Positions 1-10,184 of a stretch of 64,000 bases of DNA are shown piece after piece. Made by a program: the position numbers and the translations under genes. The number at the start of each line of letters is the position of its first letter. The stretch's first letter is position 1. Source of the DNA: Candidatus Poseidoniaceae archaeon (GTDB taxonomy: Archaea > Thermoplasmatota > Poseidoniia > Poseidoniales > Poseidoniaceae); NCBI GenBank assembly GCA_949372655.1, contig CASIAI010000002.1, forward strand, positions 295,184-359,183, in the 5' to 3' direction. A model generated the notes under the pieces. That model did no database searches. It had not been told where the DNA came from and saw nothing but the letters and a program-made list of their open reading frames with translations.

Positions 1-25
1 GGCCAACATCTATTGAACTTGTGAT

Positions 26-847
26 TTAGAATAAATTATCCAAGTTTGGTAATTCAGGTGTTTTATCAGTAACTTCCTCTTTCTGCTTAGTAATCACATT
101 GAAGTCTGGTAGATCAGGTGTTTCGATAACTTCTTTCTGATTTGGTAACTCTAACAACTCGAGTTCTTCTAACGAGATTTCATCATCCTCAACTTGAGTG
201 GGTAGTGGGATTTCTTTTACGGCCACTTCTGTAGTGAAAGTAGCATCAGCCTCCATCCATGATAGGTCGGGCGTAGAAGATACGGTTTGGTTAGGCAAGG
301 GGATATTATCGAGCTTACTTCTCTGTTCGAGGGATTCATTGCTGTCGAGAATTGCAGTTTCTAATACCTGTGTGGCATATTTGTGTGGTGCAGGGTTAGA
401 AGATGCTTCAGCAGCTGAATATTCTCCTAAGTCACCTTTCGATAGGGAATCGATTGCTGCACTTACTTCACCTGTTGTTGGTTCATATTGAGTCTTAACT
501 ACCGACTGAATTATGTTTTGAGTTTGAGAGTTTACTGTTTCGAGACCGAACTGATCAGTATTTGTCAATATAGAGCGAACAATAGTTGGTGAAGATTCTA
601 AATCTGCAAATTGCTGTTCCACACTTGGATTTTCATTTAACTGAGGTATTTTACGCTCACGTGATGCCCAGAAACTTGTTATTAAACTGATGATGGAAAT
701 TGCGATCAATCCATAAACCAATAAATTTCTTTTTTCAGTGGATAATACATCTTCTGGAATCATTTTCCATGATATTAAACTGATGAGTAGAAGTAGTCCG
801 CCACCAATGCGTCCTGCCGCTGCTAATCTAGGGGCTTTGTATTCCAT
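26..847 (-). CDS. hypothetical membrane protein with acidic C-terminal tail
   Basis: 273-aa ORF. Two hydrophobic segments near the N-terminus (GGGLLLLISLISW, LLVYGLIAISIISLITSFW). The acidic C-terminal half has reiterated IPLPxQ and TP(D/E)LP short motifs. No family recognised. Confidence 0.5.
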   Translation of the reverse strand: MEYKAPRLAAAGRIGGGLLLLISLISWKMIPEDVLSTEKRNLLVYGLIAISIISLITSFWASRERKIPQLNENPSVEQQFADLESSPTIVRSILTNTDQFGLETVNSQTQNIIQSVVKTQYEPTTGEVSAAIDSLSKGDLGEYSAAEASSNPAPHKYATQVLETAILDSNESLEQRSKLDNIPLPNQTVSSTPDLSWMEADATFTTEVAVKEIPLPTQVEDDEISLEELELLELPNQKEVIETPDLPDFNVITKQKEEVTDKTPELPNLDNLF

Positions 848-891
848 TTAACAAAGACTATTCACTCTTGGTTATGATTGTTCTCATAGAA

Positions 892-1767
892 TCAGTTAAG
901 ATTATTTTCAGCAGACCTAACCGTATTTTCCATCAACATTGCAACTGTCATTGGTCCAACACCACCTGGCACTGGCGATAGCCAAGAAGCGATTTCCTTT
1001 ACTTCTGGAGATACATCACCAGCAAGCCTCCATCCTCTTTCTCTTGATGAATCATCGACTCGATTAACACCGACATCAACTACTACTGCACCGCTTTTGA
1101 CCCATTCGGCTTTCACCATTTCAGGTCTGCCAACAGCAGCCACAATGATATCAGCAGACTTACACAGTTCTGGGATATTATCGGTTTTCGAATGAGCGAT
1201 AGTTACAGTAGAATCAGCGCCTCTTGCAGTTAGAAGTAGTGCTTGTGGCATACCAACATTTTGAGAACGTCCAATTACCACAGCACGCTTACCTTTTGTC
1301 TCAATTCCTGCCCACTCTAATAGGCGCATGACTCCACTTGGAGTACAAGGGAGCATTCCATCTGTTCGTCCTTGTACTAAACGACCTAGATTAGTAGGAT
1401 GAAATCCATCAACATCTTTCTTAGGGTCAATCAGGTCGGTTAGTTCCTCTTCATCCAAGTTATTGGGCAAAGGTGATTGAATCAGGATACCATGAACTGA
1501 GTCATCTTGATTCAATTTATCGACGATATCTCTCAATTCTTCTTGTTTTGTATCCGCTGATAATTCAATATGTGTACTTTTTAGATTTAATCGTTCACAA
1601 GCCTTTATCTTGGCTCCAACATAAACATGACTAGCAGGGTCTTTTCCAACAATTATTACTGCAATATGAGGGATTATACCATTTTCGATACATGTCTGAA
1701 TTCGTGCACTCAAATCAGCTTCCACCTCTTGAGAACAAGCCTTACCGTCCAAACGTTGTGCCACCAT
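892..1767 (-). CDS. folD: bifunctional 5,10-methylene-tetrahydrofolate dehydrogenase / methenyl-THF cyclohydrolase
   Basis: 291 aa. Typical FolD layout: N-terminal LDGK...VIIVGKDPASHVYV, GILIQSPLP, DVDGFHP, Rossmann VVIGRSQNVGMP, C-terminal PVPGGVGPMTVAML. Confidence 0.95.
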   Translation of the reverse strand: MVAQRLDGKACSQEVEADLSARIQTCIENGIIPHIAVIIVGKDPASHVYVGAKIKACERLNLKSTHIELSADTKQEELRDIVDKLNQDDSVHGILIQSPLPNNLDEEELTDLIDPKKDVDGFHPTNLGRLVQGRTDGMLPCTPSGVMRLLEWAGIETKGKRAVVIGRSQNVGMPQALLLTARGADSTVTIAHSKTDNIPELCKSADIIVAAVGRPEMVKAEWVKSGAVVVDVGVNRVDDSSRERGWRLAGDVSPEVKEIASWLSPVPGGVGPMTVAMLMENTVRSAENNLN

Positions 1768-1936
1768 GAACAGTCCACATACTGTTGCCCCTTGAGTATT
1801 TCTTAGTTCAGAACTCTATCATCAAATGGATTTACTCCAAGAAAGAATTCTTCGATTACACTCAAATCAATAACCAGAAAAGCAAGCCAAAAAGGCCTGA
1901 AAGTTATTGCATAAGCACTTCTTTATGTTTTTTTTA

Positions 1937-2012
1937 TGGAGCCTGCGGAGGGACTCGAACCCCCGACCTTCGGATTACAAATCCGATGCACTACCAGCTA
2001 TGCTACACAGGC
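1937..2012 (-). tRNA. tRNA-Thr (anticodon TGT), CCA encoded
   Basis: The reverse complement folds as a cloverleaf. Acceptor GCCTGTG/CGCAGGC, anticodon stem TCGGA/TCCGA with loop TTTGTAA, T-arm GGGGG-TTCGAGT-CCCTC, 3' TCCA. Confidence 0.9.
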
Positions 2013-2142
2013 GACGAACTGTCCGAGACACTTACCCTAGATGAATGAAACGGATGAATTAACGATTCAAAATCTAAATTATAGGTCAATTCTTTATTTC
2101 ACTAAGAGGTAACTCAAAGAGGTGGAGCCTAATGGATAATCC

Positions 2143-3426
2143 ATGAGCGAAGGAGCAGGTGCAGGTTTTCTCAATACTTTTTCACAAACAAAAGTTGGAA
2201 GTGACACTATCTTTTCTTGGTGGGCTAGATATCAAGAAGCAGTTGGCTCAGGGCATGATGCAGTCAATGGCACAATCGGGGCGTTATTAGAAAACAATGG
2301 AGAATTAGCCATAAATCATGTTGTTGACAAAGTAGTAAGGGAGTCACCTCCAATCGAAATTTCTGCTTATGCTCCATTGAAAGGTCTACCAGCCTTTCTT
2401 GACCTAGCGATTACTTTGGCCCTAGGAGATGTACGTGAGGAGTTAGAAAGTATTGGGATGAATGTCACCTCAACAGCATCGCCGGGTGGTTCTGGTGCAT
2501 TATACCTGGCTGCAGCAAATTTTGCTGATAGGGGCGATAAGGTACTTCTCAGAGATCGACACTGGGGTCCATATGATGGATTTTTAGCTGGATGTGATCT
2601 AGGTATTGCAACTTACCCTTTATTGCCTAGCAAAGATGTTGAAGGGTCTTTTTTAGATTTAGATTCATTGCAGAAGGAACTAGCCAAACTTTGTAATTCA
2701 CAAAGTAAAGTAATGTCTTGGTTAAATGACCCTGCTCATAATCCTACAGGACTTTCGTTAACCGAACAAGATAGATATAACTTTTTGAAATGTTTCATCG
2801 AAAGTTCATTAGCAAATCAAGAGGTATCTCATACTTTACTTGTTGACGCTGCATACCACCTTTATGCCGGACAACCCCATGGTTGGGCAGATACGATTTG
2901 TCAATTATTGCATGATGGAATATCTTGGCCGGATAACTTGCTGGTAACGTTTGCAATATCCTTATCTAAATCTCATACCATCTATGGTCTTAGAACAGGT
3001 GCTTTGGTGACGATTCATCCCGATGAGCAGGTTATCGACCGTATCACAACAGTCATGGGTGTTACAGGAAGACAAACTTGGTCAGCCACCTCAAGACTTG
3101 CTCAGTATGCAGTGAGCCAGATTCATAGTGATGAAGAGTTAGCAAATAATTGGGACGAGGAAAGAGAGCGTTTACAAAATCTACTCGAGGAAAGAAGAGA
3201 ATTATTTATTCAAGAATGTGATAAACTTGGAGTACCTATTAACCCTACACATGATGGCTTTTTTGCTTGGCTCGATTGTGAAGACTCCGTTTCTATTGCT
3301 AATGAATGCGCTAAAAATCATGTCTACTTGGTACCATTGGATGGGGGAGTAAGGATTGGCCTTTGTGCAATCCCAACCGATAAGATTGCGAGAGTTGCTC
3401 AGGCTCTTTCACAAGCTCTTTCTTGA
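2143..3426 (+). CDS. class I/II PLP-dependent aminotransferase (aspartate/aromatic aminotransferase-like)
   Basis: 427 aa. NDPAHNPTG motif and the PLP-lysine region SLSKSHTIYGLRTGAL typical of the AspC/TyrB family. Confidence 0.85.
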   Translation: MSEGAGAGFLNTFSQTKVGSDTIFSWWARYQEAVGSGHDAVNGTIGALLENNGELAINHVVDKVVRESPPIEISAYAPLKGLPAFLDLAITLALGDVREELESIGMNVTSTASPGGSGALYLAAANFADRGDKVLLRDRHWGPYDGFLAGCDLGIATYPLLPSKDVEGSFLDLDSLQKELAKLCNSQSKVMSWLNDPAHNPTGLSLTEQDRYNFLKCFIESSLANQEVSHTLLVDAAYHLYAGQPHGWADTICQLLHDGISWPDNLLVTFAISLSKSHTIYGLRTGALVTIHPDEQVIDRITTVMGVTGRQTWSATSRLAQYAVSQIHSDEELANNWDEERERLQNLLEERRELFIQECDKLGVPINPTHDGFFAWLDCEDSVSIANECAKNHVYLVPLDGGVRIGLCAIPTDKIARVAQALSQALS

Positions 3427-3435
3427 GGTGACGAT

Positions 3436-3816
3436 ATGTCCCGCAATCCAAGAGAGAACCTAATTCTTGGAGGATTTATCTGTATTGCTTTTGGAGCATT
3501 CTTCACAGTGGGTGGAGTTTATTCTATGGGGGCTACTGTGGGAGTAAGCGGTATTGTTGTGTTCATAATTGGCATGAGTATGAAATCTGACCTTGGTATG
3601 TCTGAAGAAGCAATTCAGGAATGGCAGCCAAGTTCTGGAAGGCTACCAGATGCTGGGAGAGTAATGTATCGAGTGGACGTGACAATTGATGAGCCTATAA
3701 CAAGTACAATTGTGTGTGGGCCATGTGGTAATATGGTTGTTCAAGATGGTCCAAGACCTAACACCTTTACCTGTTCTAAATGTTCGGTCTTGTTATGGGA
3801 ATTGGAAGAAGAGTAA
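3436..3816 (+). CDS. small membrane protein with C-terminal zinc-ribbon
   Basis: 126 aa. Two TM segments, then CGPCG...CSKC (a four-Cys ribbon). 9-nt gap to the upstream gene. Confidence 0.5.
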   Translation: MSRNPRENLILGGFICIAFGAFFTVGGVYSMGATVGVSGIVVFIIGMSMKSDLGMSEEAIQEWQPSSGRLPDAGRVMYRVDVTIDEPITSTIVCGPCGNMVVQDGPRPNTFTCSKCSVLLWELEEE

Positions 3817-3888
3817 TACCTTGATAATCTAATTTTTTACCCCGTTGACAAGCATAGATTTGAAAGATAGATTCTTTCTCGAAGGTTC

Positions 3889-5373
3889 ATGGACGCCTCC
3901 AAATTACTCAATCCGGAGCGTCGAATGCTAAAACTGATGCAATCGGAATCATCAAAGAATTGGTCATTGGAAGAAATCCTGTCTGCATGTGATTGGAAAG
4001 ACCAAGCGATTGCAGTAGGTGCGGGTTTAGGTCTGTCAAATGTAGGCCTTGTCAATATTGAGGAGACTGTTGAAACTGTTATTCGTCTTTCATCTCAAGG
4101 TACTTCTGCTATGGGCGATGGATTACTTGAATCTCGACTATGGTCATGGATTTGTGATAATGAGGGTGCGGATATGGCTTCATTACAACAATCGTTTGAA
4201 AGGCATGAGGCAGGTCCAGGTGTAGGCCTACTCAAAAGGATTGGAGTGCAATTAAGTGGTGGTAAGTTTGTGGCACAAGAACCTAGCCAAGTGGAAAAAG
4301 TAATTTCCGAGCGTTCTAATTTCTTATCGAATTTACCAAATTTAGTTGAAAACTTAAACTCTGAAATGTTAGAACATTTTAGAGGTCGAAAAGGATTCAT
4401 TGAAAATCAAGATACTACCACACGTACTTGGAATATTACTCAATTAGGTCTTTCTGTAGAATCCGAACTATTGATTGAAAAAGAGATGGTCGCTGAAATA
4501 ACTCCTGAACTACTACAAAGTGATAATTGGAAAGATGCTGAATTTCGTTCTTTCGATGTCACTCTTGAATCAGCAACTCCAAGAACCGGTAGAAGTCATC
4601 CAATGCAGGCATTGATCGAAAGAATTCGTAATATTTTCTTAGAGATGGGCTTTTCCGAGTTAGTTGAAGACTATGTGCAAACTGCAGGATGGAATATGGA
4701 TGCTTTGTTCATTCCTCAAGATCATCCTGCAAGAGAGATGCAGGATACTTTCTATTTAGATAATCCAGCAAAAATGGAACTACCTGATGAGGTAATGGAT
4801 TTATGGTCTGGTATCCACAAGCATGGTGGAGATACTGGTTCTGTAGGTTGGGGAGGTGACTTTTCCAAGGATACTTCCCAAAAAGGTCTACTTAGGACAC
4901 ATACAACCGTTAACACAATTCAATATCTTGCAGAAAACCCTTCAAAACCATGTAGAATGTTTACTGTCGATAGAGTGTTTAGGAAAGAGGCAATCGATAG
5001 AACACATTTACCGGAATTTCATCAAATTGAAGGTATAATTATGGAAGAGGGGGCAAACTTACAGATGTTAGTTGCAACTTTGAAAACCTTTTATCATAAA
5101 ATGGGTTATCCAGAAGTACGTGTGAGACCTGCTTATTTCCCTTATACTGAACCTAGTTTAGAAATTGAAGTGAAGTGGCGAGGTAAATGGTTAGAACTCG
5201 GTGGTGCAGGTATATTTCGTCCTGAAGTGACAGAGCCTCTTGGAATCACAAGCCCTGTTTTAGCATGGGGTATGGGTCTAGAAAGGTTAGCAATGCTTGT
5301 GCTAGGACTCGACGATATACGTCAATTATACATCTCTGACTTAGAGTGGTTAAGAAATCAGCCGATTATATGA
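3889..5373 (+). CDS. pheS: phenylalanine--tRNA ligase alpha subunit, archaeal/eukaryal type
   Basis: 494 aa. Class II motifs FRKEAIDRTHLPEFHQIEG and GAGIFRPEV...WGMGLERLAM. Long N-terminal extension typical of archaeal PheS. Confidence 0.93.
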   Translation: MDASKLLNPERRMLKLMQSESSKNWSLEEILSACDWKDQAIAVGAGLGLSNVGLVNIEETVETVIRLSSQGTSAMGDGLLESRLWSWICDNEGADMASLQQSFERHEAGPGVGLLKRIGVQLSGGKFVAQEPSQVEKVISERSNFLSNLPNLVENLNSEMLEHFRGRKGFIENQDTTTRTWNITQLGLSVESELLIEKEMVAEITPELLQSDNWKDAEFRSFDVTLESATPRTGRSHPMQALIERIRNIFLEMGFSELVEDYVQTAGWNMDALFIPQDHPAREMQDTFYLDNPAKMELPDEVMDLWSGIHKHGGDTGSVGWGGDFSKDTSQKGLLRTHTTVNTIQYLAENPSKPCRMFTVDRVFRKEAIDRTHLPEFHQIEGIIMEEGANLQMLVATLKTFYHKMGYPEVRVRPAYFPYTEPSLEIEVKWRGKWLELGGAGIFRPEVTEPLGITSPVLAWGMGLERLAMLVLGLDDIRQLYISDLEWLRNQPII

Positions 5374-7644
5374 TCAGCGCTTCTGCCACTCTGTGCCAGT
5401 CCACCAAGCCATACTTCCATCGCTCATACTTCTCCAAGTATATCCTGACTCATCAGTCCACTGTTGAAGTATTGTTGGCTCAGCAACCGGTTCCTGAACC
5501 ATGGGTTGTTGAATAACAGGTTGCTCCATTAGTGGTTGTTGAGATATAGTTGAAATTGGCGCTAATAGATCGGAATTATTTGCTACTTCTTGGCTAGCAG
5601 AGAAGTCTTTCGGCAAATCATCTCTTCCCATTCTCATGAATAGTACTGCCCCAACAGCGCCAGAAATCAATACAAGTGCTACAATTATGATGATTTTATT
5701 TCGCTTGGCTTTATCTTCAGAAGCTTGTTGCTCGATATCCCCAACACCGTCTCCATCAGAGTCCATAGTTTCAGAATCATCATTAGGGAATGCATCAGCA
5801 TTATCTCCAACACCATCACCATCAGTATCAGCCGATTCACTCGGGTCGTTAGGATAAAGGTCGGAGTTATCTCCAACCATATCGCCATCGGAGTCAACTG
5901 TTTCAGTAGGGTCATTATCAAATGCATCAGCATTATCGCCAATTGAATCACCGTCAGAATCCATAGATTCATTCTTGTCCTTAGGGAAAGCATCCACAGT
6001 ATCAATTACATCATCACCATCATCATCAGGGTCGACATCGTCAATTATTTGGTCACCATCTGTATCGTCTTTATCGACGTTGCTTGGATGGCTTGCATCA
6101 TCAGTATCCAGTATGCCATCTCCATCATCGTCATCATCAGTATTATCTCCAATACCATCTAAATCTAAATCAGTGGTTTCACTTGAATTTAGTGGGAATG
6201 CGTCTAGTTCATCATTCACTCCATCATCGTCAGCATCTGGGTCTGCATTATCACCAGTTCCATCACCGTCTGTATCAACAGTCTCAGTTGGGTCGTTATC
6301 AAATGCGTCAGCATTATCTCCAACACTGTCCCCATCAGTATCTACAGTTTCATTTGGATCGTTAGGGAATGCATCACCGTTGTCGCCAACACCATCAGAA
6401 TCGGAGTCCACACTTTCAGTTGGGTCGTTATCAAATACGTCAGCATTATCTCCAACATTGTCCCCATCAGTATCTACAGTTTCATTAGGATCGTTAGGGA
6501 ATGCATCACCATTATCTCCTACACCATCTAAATCTGAATCAACACTTTCTGTTGGGTCATTATCAAAGGCATCTGCATTATTTCCAACACCATCGGAATC
6601 AGAATCTAATGTTTCAGTTGCATCATCAGGGAATGCGTCAGCATTGTCGCCGACACCATCGGAATCAGAATCTAATGTTTCAGTTGCATCATCAGGGAAC
6701 GCATCAGAGTTATCTCCAACACCATCGGAATCAGAGTCTACTGTTTCTGTAGGGTCATCATCAAATGCATCCGCATTATCACCAACTCCATCGCCATCAG
6801 TATCTAGCCATTCTGTAGAATCATCTGGAAATGCATCGACTGAGTCAGCATATCCATCTCCATCTGCATCAGCTTGTACTGGAGCGGTAATATTTACTAT
6901 ATCAGATTCAACTAATATACCAAAATCAGAACCATCATTAGGCTTAATTGTGACTTTCCAAACTTCCCCTACTGTTGTGGCTGAACTGGGTAAGGTTGTT
7001 AATCCCGAATAACTAGCCTCAATATTTCCATCTTTTAGCCAGTTGATTTCAGTACCTGATTCAGCATCATTATCAGCATCTGAGTAAGTATAACTGACGG
7101 TAATGTCTGTAGTTGATACAGCATTTGAATTGGGGCTGAGGACTATATTTGAAGCAACTGGGGCATAATTTTTCGGTAAGTTTTCTGTAATAGAATGTGT
7201 ATCAGTAGTCCAAGAATCACCATTGTTTCCCGCAGGGTATTCTGCCCTTAATCCTGCAATAGCGATAGTTACAGTTCCCGAATTTGCACTAGGTCCAACC
7301 CAATCAAAAGACCAGGACACTAAACTGCTACCGGTATGAGTGACACTTGTTCCACTAATTGAAACACCTGAACCCGCATTACTGAAAGAGCCTTTATCAG
7401 CACTTACAGAAAAACCACCGTTAGAACCGGAGGAAAGACTGACCGTAACAGAATAGGTTTGCCCTGGAGTATAGGCTGGAGGGAAGTTGTGATTTATTGA
7501 AGAGAGAGCACCAGAATTAGAGTGGCAACTACATCCACTGCTGGAATTATGTTTCCCTGATGAGGATGCATCGATAACAGGCGATTGACTGGCAAGTAAT
7601 ATCATCATAAAGAAACCCAAGAGGCCAAGTCGATTTAAGCGCAT
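5374..7644 (-). CDS. secreted, C-terminally anchored surface protein with about 20 thrombospondin-type-3-like calcium-binding repeats
   Basis: 756 aa. Signal peptide ([19 protein letters not shown]). N-terminal beta-rich domains. Long array of D-x-D-x-DG-(V/I)GDN-x-DAFP-x-D units. TM helix [20 protein letters not shown] followed by a Trp-rich tail. Confidence 0.8.
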   Translation of the reverse strand: MRLNRLGLLGFFMMILLASQSPVIDASSSGKHNSSSGCSCHSNSGALSSINHNFPPAYTPGQTYSVTVSLSSGSNGGFSVSADKGSFSNAGSGVSISGTSVTHTGSSLVSWSFDWVGPSANSGTVTIAIAGLRAEYPAGNNGDSWTTDTHSITENLPKNYAPVASNIVLSPNSNAVSTTDITVSYTYSDADNDAESGTEINWLKDGNIEASYSGLTTLPSSATTVGEVWKVTIKPNDGSDFGILVESDIVNITAPVQADADGDGYADSVDAFPDDSTEWLDTDGDGVGDNADAFDDDPTETVDSDSDGVGDNSDAFPDDATETLDSDSDGVGDNADAFPDDATETLDSDSDGVGNNADAFDNDPTESVDSDLDGVGDNGDAFPNDPNETVDTDGDNVGDNADVFDNDPTESVDSDSDGVGDNGDAFPNDPNETVDTDGDSVGDNADAFDNDPTETVDTDGDGTGDNADPDADDDGVNDELDAFPLNSSETTDLDLDGIGDNTDDDDDGDGILDTDDASHPSNVDKDDTDGDQIIDDVDPDDDGDDVIDTVDAFPKDKNESMDSDGDSIGDNADAFDNDPTETVDSDGDMVGDNSDLYPNDPSESADTDGDGVGDNADAFPNDDSETMDSDGDGVGDIEQQASEDKAKRNKIIIIVALVLISGAVGAVLFMRMGRDDLPKDFSASQEVANNSDLLAPISTISQQPLMEQPVIQQPMVQEPVAEPTILQQWTDESGYTWRSMSDGSMAWWTGTEWQKR
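6287..6740. repeat. near-identical in-frame tandem DNA repeats inside the TSP3-repeat gene (132-nt period, then 66-nt period)
   Basis: The 132-nt unit starts at 6287, 6419 and 6551 (the third copy is degenerating). The 66-nt unit starts at 6589, 6655 and 6721. Copies differ by only a few substitutions. Confidence 0.85.
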
Positions 7645-7745
7645 AGTTTTCGCTTTGTCCTAACCCATTTAAAGCGATTGGTACATTGATGATACAAAAG
7701 TCAACAGTAAGGCAATTTCAATAACAAACTTGTGTTCGGTTAATC

Positions 7746-9350
7746 ATGGGGGCAGAAGATTCAGACAAGTATGTGGATTCTGTGCACATTGGTGATAATA
7801 TTGTCAATGAACCCAAAGCTATAATTGAAGCCTATGAAATTGGTAAAAATGAGGAAAAGAGTTCTCGGTTTTTAGCAATCTTCAAACCATTTCTATTTTC
7901 TGCTGATTTGGGTGTTTTCAAGCGTTCAGAGACTTGGAAGGCATTTGGAATTGCAGCCTTAATGTTTGCAACAATCTCATTTGCAGCACTATCGATGTTC
8001 GATAGTATGGATGAAATTTTCCAATCGGATGCAGAACCTGCTCCTGTCCCAAATATCGTTTTTGAATCATTGAATAGAAGCGGTTATGAATCATCCTTGG
8101 TTAATGAGACGGGATGGTTTAATCTAGATGACCACATTGGTGATATCATTATTCTTGATTTTATGGCTCGAGATTGTAGTAACTGTCATTCAGTTCAAGA
8201 GCACCTAGAAGATAATTTAGATGCTTGGCAAGAATTAGCAAATAATTCTAATAAAACTCTCAAGTTATTTGCCTATGGTTCTTGGTATTCAGAAGGATTA
8301 GATTATCTTAACGAGTCTTCTGGCGCCTATCATGTTCCATTTTATGCAACAGGAATAGGTACTACAAATTCTGCAATTCTCGAAGACGGTTCAACAACTG
8401 ACCCTGTGAGGCTATTCACTACAGCAGGAACCGGTCAAATTCCTGTTGTGATGGTACTAGATGAACAAGGTTACATCATAGCCAGACAGTCTACTGGTAC
8501 ACCAACTGATAAATGGAGTTCTTTTGACTCGGTTGTCGAAACAGCCTTGTCTGGTGAAATGGAAGATACAATCGATCTAAGAATTGCTTGGGAAGAACCA
8601 TCAACGTCTTATGTTGCTATTTTTGTATTGGGATTAATTCTTTCAATATTGGTCTATTTCTCTCCATGTGCTTTCCCTGTACTTCCTGGATTCATCTCCT
8701 ATTACCTCTCCCTTGGTGCACGGGAAGATGAATTAATTGAGGCTGGTAAACTGAAAACTAAAATGCCTAGTCCAGTGGTAATAGGTTCTCTTTCCGGATT
8801 AGGTATGTGGACTTTTTTCGCATTGATTGGAATAGTTGCCATGATAATGGGAGAAGCCTTTGAAAAGTCAGGTCTTGTGCATTATATTGCAGTAGGAATT
8901 GCAATTTTACTAATCATATTAGGTTCGATGATGTTACTTGGAATTACATCACATTTGATGGGCTTTGTTCAGAGGTTTGTTGATAAATATAGTACTACAG
9001 AAGATGATGAGATATTTACTCCAAAGAGAAATATGTACCTCTATGGGATAGGTTATGCTGCCGCATCAATAGATTGTACAGCTGCTGCAGTACTTCCTTT
9101 CGTACTTTATTTAGGCACCCTAGGTACCAGTGCCACAGCACTGGGTATCGGTGGTCTAATGGTTGGTTTATTAGTTCTAATGATTATTGTCACCTTACTT
9201 GTTGGTCTTGGTCGACAAGTTATGATAAATTTCCTCAGAAGAGCGACTGGAATGATAAAACTAGTTGGCTCGTGGATGATGATTATGGCCGGTGTAAGTT
9301 TGACTATTTACCTAACCAATCCTGAAATAGTGAGTTTAGTATTTGGCTGA
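7746..9350 (+). CDS. thioredoxin-like (CxxC) domain fused to a CcdA/DsbD-type transmembrane thiol-disulfide transporter
   Basis: 534 aa. N-terminal TM anchor. Extracytoplasmic Trx-like domain with DFMARDCSNCH. C-terminal polytopic region with CcdA signatures FSPCAFPVLPGF and a second Cys in AASIDCTAAAVLPF. Confidence 0.75.
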   Translation: MGAEDSDKYVDSVHIGDNIVNEPKAIIEAYEIGKNEEKSSRFLAIFKPFLFSADLGVFKRSETWKAFGIAALMFATISFAALSMFDSMDEIFQSDAEPAPVPNIVFESLNRSGYESSLVNETGWFNLDDHIGDIIILDFMARDCSNCHSVQEHLEDNLDAWQELANNSNKTLKLFAYGSWYSEGLDYLNESSGAYHVPFYATGIGTTNSAILEDGSTTDPVRLFTTAGTGQIPVVMVLDEQGYIIARQSTGTPTDKWSSFDSVVETALSGEMEDTIDLRIAWEEPSTSYVAIFVLGLILSILVYFSPCAFPVLPGFISYYLSLGAREDELIEAGKLKTKMPSPVVIGSLSGLGMWTFFALIGIVAMIMGEAFEKSGLVHYIAVGIAILLIILGSMMLLGITSHLMGFVQRFVDKYSTTEDDEIFTPKRNMYLYGIGYAAASIDCTAAAVLPFVLYLGTLGTSATALGIGGLMVGLLVLMIIVTLLVGLGRQVMINFLRRATGMIKLVGSWMMIMAGVSLTIYLTNPEIVSLVFG

Positions 9351-10184
9351 TTATAGAGATTCAAAATTAGCAATTGATTCTTCATTGTGACAATTTTCCA
9401 ACAAAGGTAACATCCAGTACTTCCATGCTACTAAGCCTGTGATAATTCCTGTAATTGCATCCCAGACAAAGTGTTGTTTTGTTGTCATCACGGAAATAGT
9501 CAACATTAACCAAGCAAACCATAGTAATCTAATATGCCATTTGTATTCTTCAGTGTTGTACCACCGGCTGACTACTAATACTGCAAGTAGGCTTTGCACA
9601 ATGTGTAACGAGGGCCAAGCATTCCAAGGGGTGTCAATTTCGTATAGTAAATCATACCAAGGTTGCCAAATGCCAAGTTCAGTCCCAAACACACTTTTAC
9701 GAATGTCGACTTCAACTGGCAAGATTATGAATATTAGAAAAACCATCCAAGTAAGGATCAAAATTATTTGATGAAAAATGATGTTTTCGCGTTGTGTTTG
9801 ATCATTTTTCATGCCTAGGAATGCAGCCATTGGGTAGTAAAAATATAATGTAGAATATGGAACAATCATCCATGGTATTACTGGAATCCAACTATCAAGT
9901 TGCGTCATAGGGTCAAATGCTTGCCAATCTCGCCAATAGGAAAACTGGTTCGTTATCATATAACCAAGGCCAGCACCGATGATTATTGTAATAATTAAAA
10001 CAAATGGAAGGCGATAACCAAAAAGCGATAATCGATTATGCCAATGGCTTCTCCATAATTTCCAAGGTTTAGAACCGAGGCTTATTGCCATGACTACCGC
10101 TGATTTGTTACCGATTATGAATGGTCGGGTGAAATTATAGTGATTGACCACAATTTGGACATGCGTTCCAGTTAGCCTGTACAC
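9351..10184 (-). CDS. PAP2_3-type (Aur1/IPC-synthase-like) membrane phosphotransferase/phosphatase
   Basis: Polytopic membrane protein with WPSLHIV and HFVWDAITG, matching the PAP2_3 C2/C3 motifs (PSLH ... H-x3-D). The annotated 5' end overlaps the upstream gene by 50 nt. The start is more likely the internal Met at 10091 (MAISLGSK...). Confidence 0.6.
   Translation of the reverse strand: MYRLTGTHVQIVVNHYNFTRPFIIGNKSAVVMAISLGSKPWKLWRSHWHNRLSLFGYRLPFVLIITIIIGAGLGYMITNQFSYWRDWQAFDPMTQLDSWIPVIPWMIVPYSTLYFYYPMAAFLGMKNDQTQRENIIFHQIILILTWMVFLIFIILPVEVDIRKSVFGTELGIWQPWYDLLYEIDTPWNAWPSLHIVQSLLAVLVVSRWYNTEEYKWHIRLLWFAWLMLTISVMTTKQHFVWDAITGIITGLVAWKYWMLPLLENCHNEESIANFESL

Noticed and set aside
1926-1936. 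Run of T on the plus strand next to tRNA-Thr (and a similar run at 33943-33948 next to tRNA-Asn), considered as oligo-T terminators
   Set aside because: Both tRNAs are on the minus strand, so these read as oligo-A downstream of the tRNA 3' ends, not oligo-T. Only the tRNA-CAT at 47366..47439 has a genuine downstream T-run.
1785-2048. 87-aa plus-strand ORF
   Set aside because: It overlaps the well-folding tRNA-Thr on the opposite strand and an AT-rich promoter region. No protein features.
6287-6740. Possible CRISPR array, suggested by regularly spaced near-identical repeats (also considered at 26158-26300)
   Set aside because: The repeats are directly tandem with no unique spacers. They are in frame within coding sequence and encode recognisable protein motifs. 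No cas genes are in the window.
5975-7012. 345-aa Ser/Pro-rich ORF on the plus strand, plus several shorter ORFs at 5636-6752 on both strands
   Set aside because: They lie entirely antisense to, or out of frame within, the TSP3-repeat gene. The long open frames are a by-product of the repetitive GAT/GAC/GGT codon composition. The minus-strand frame has a signal peptide, motif repeats and a TM anchor, and it explains the region.
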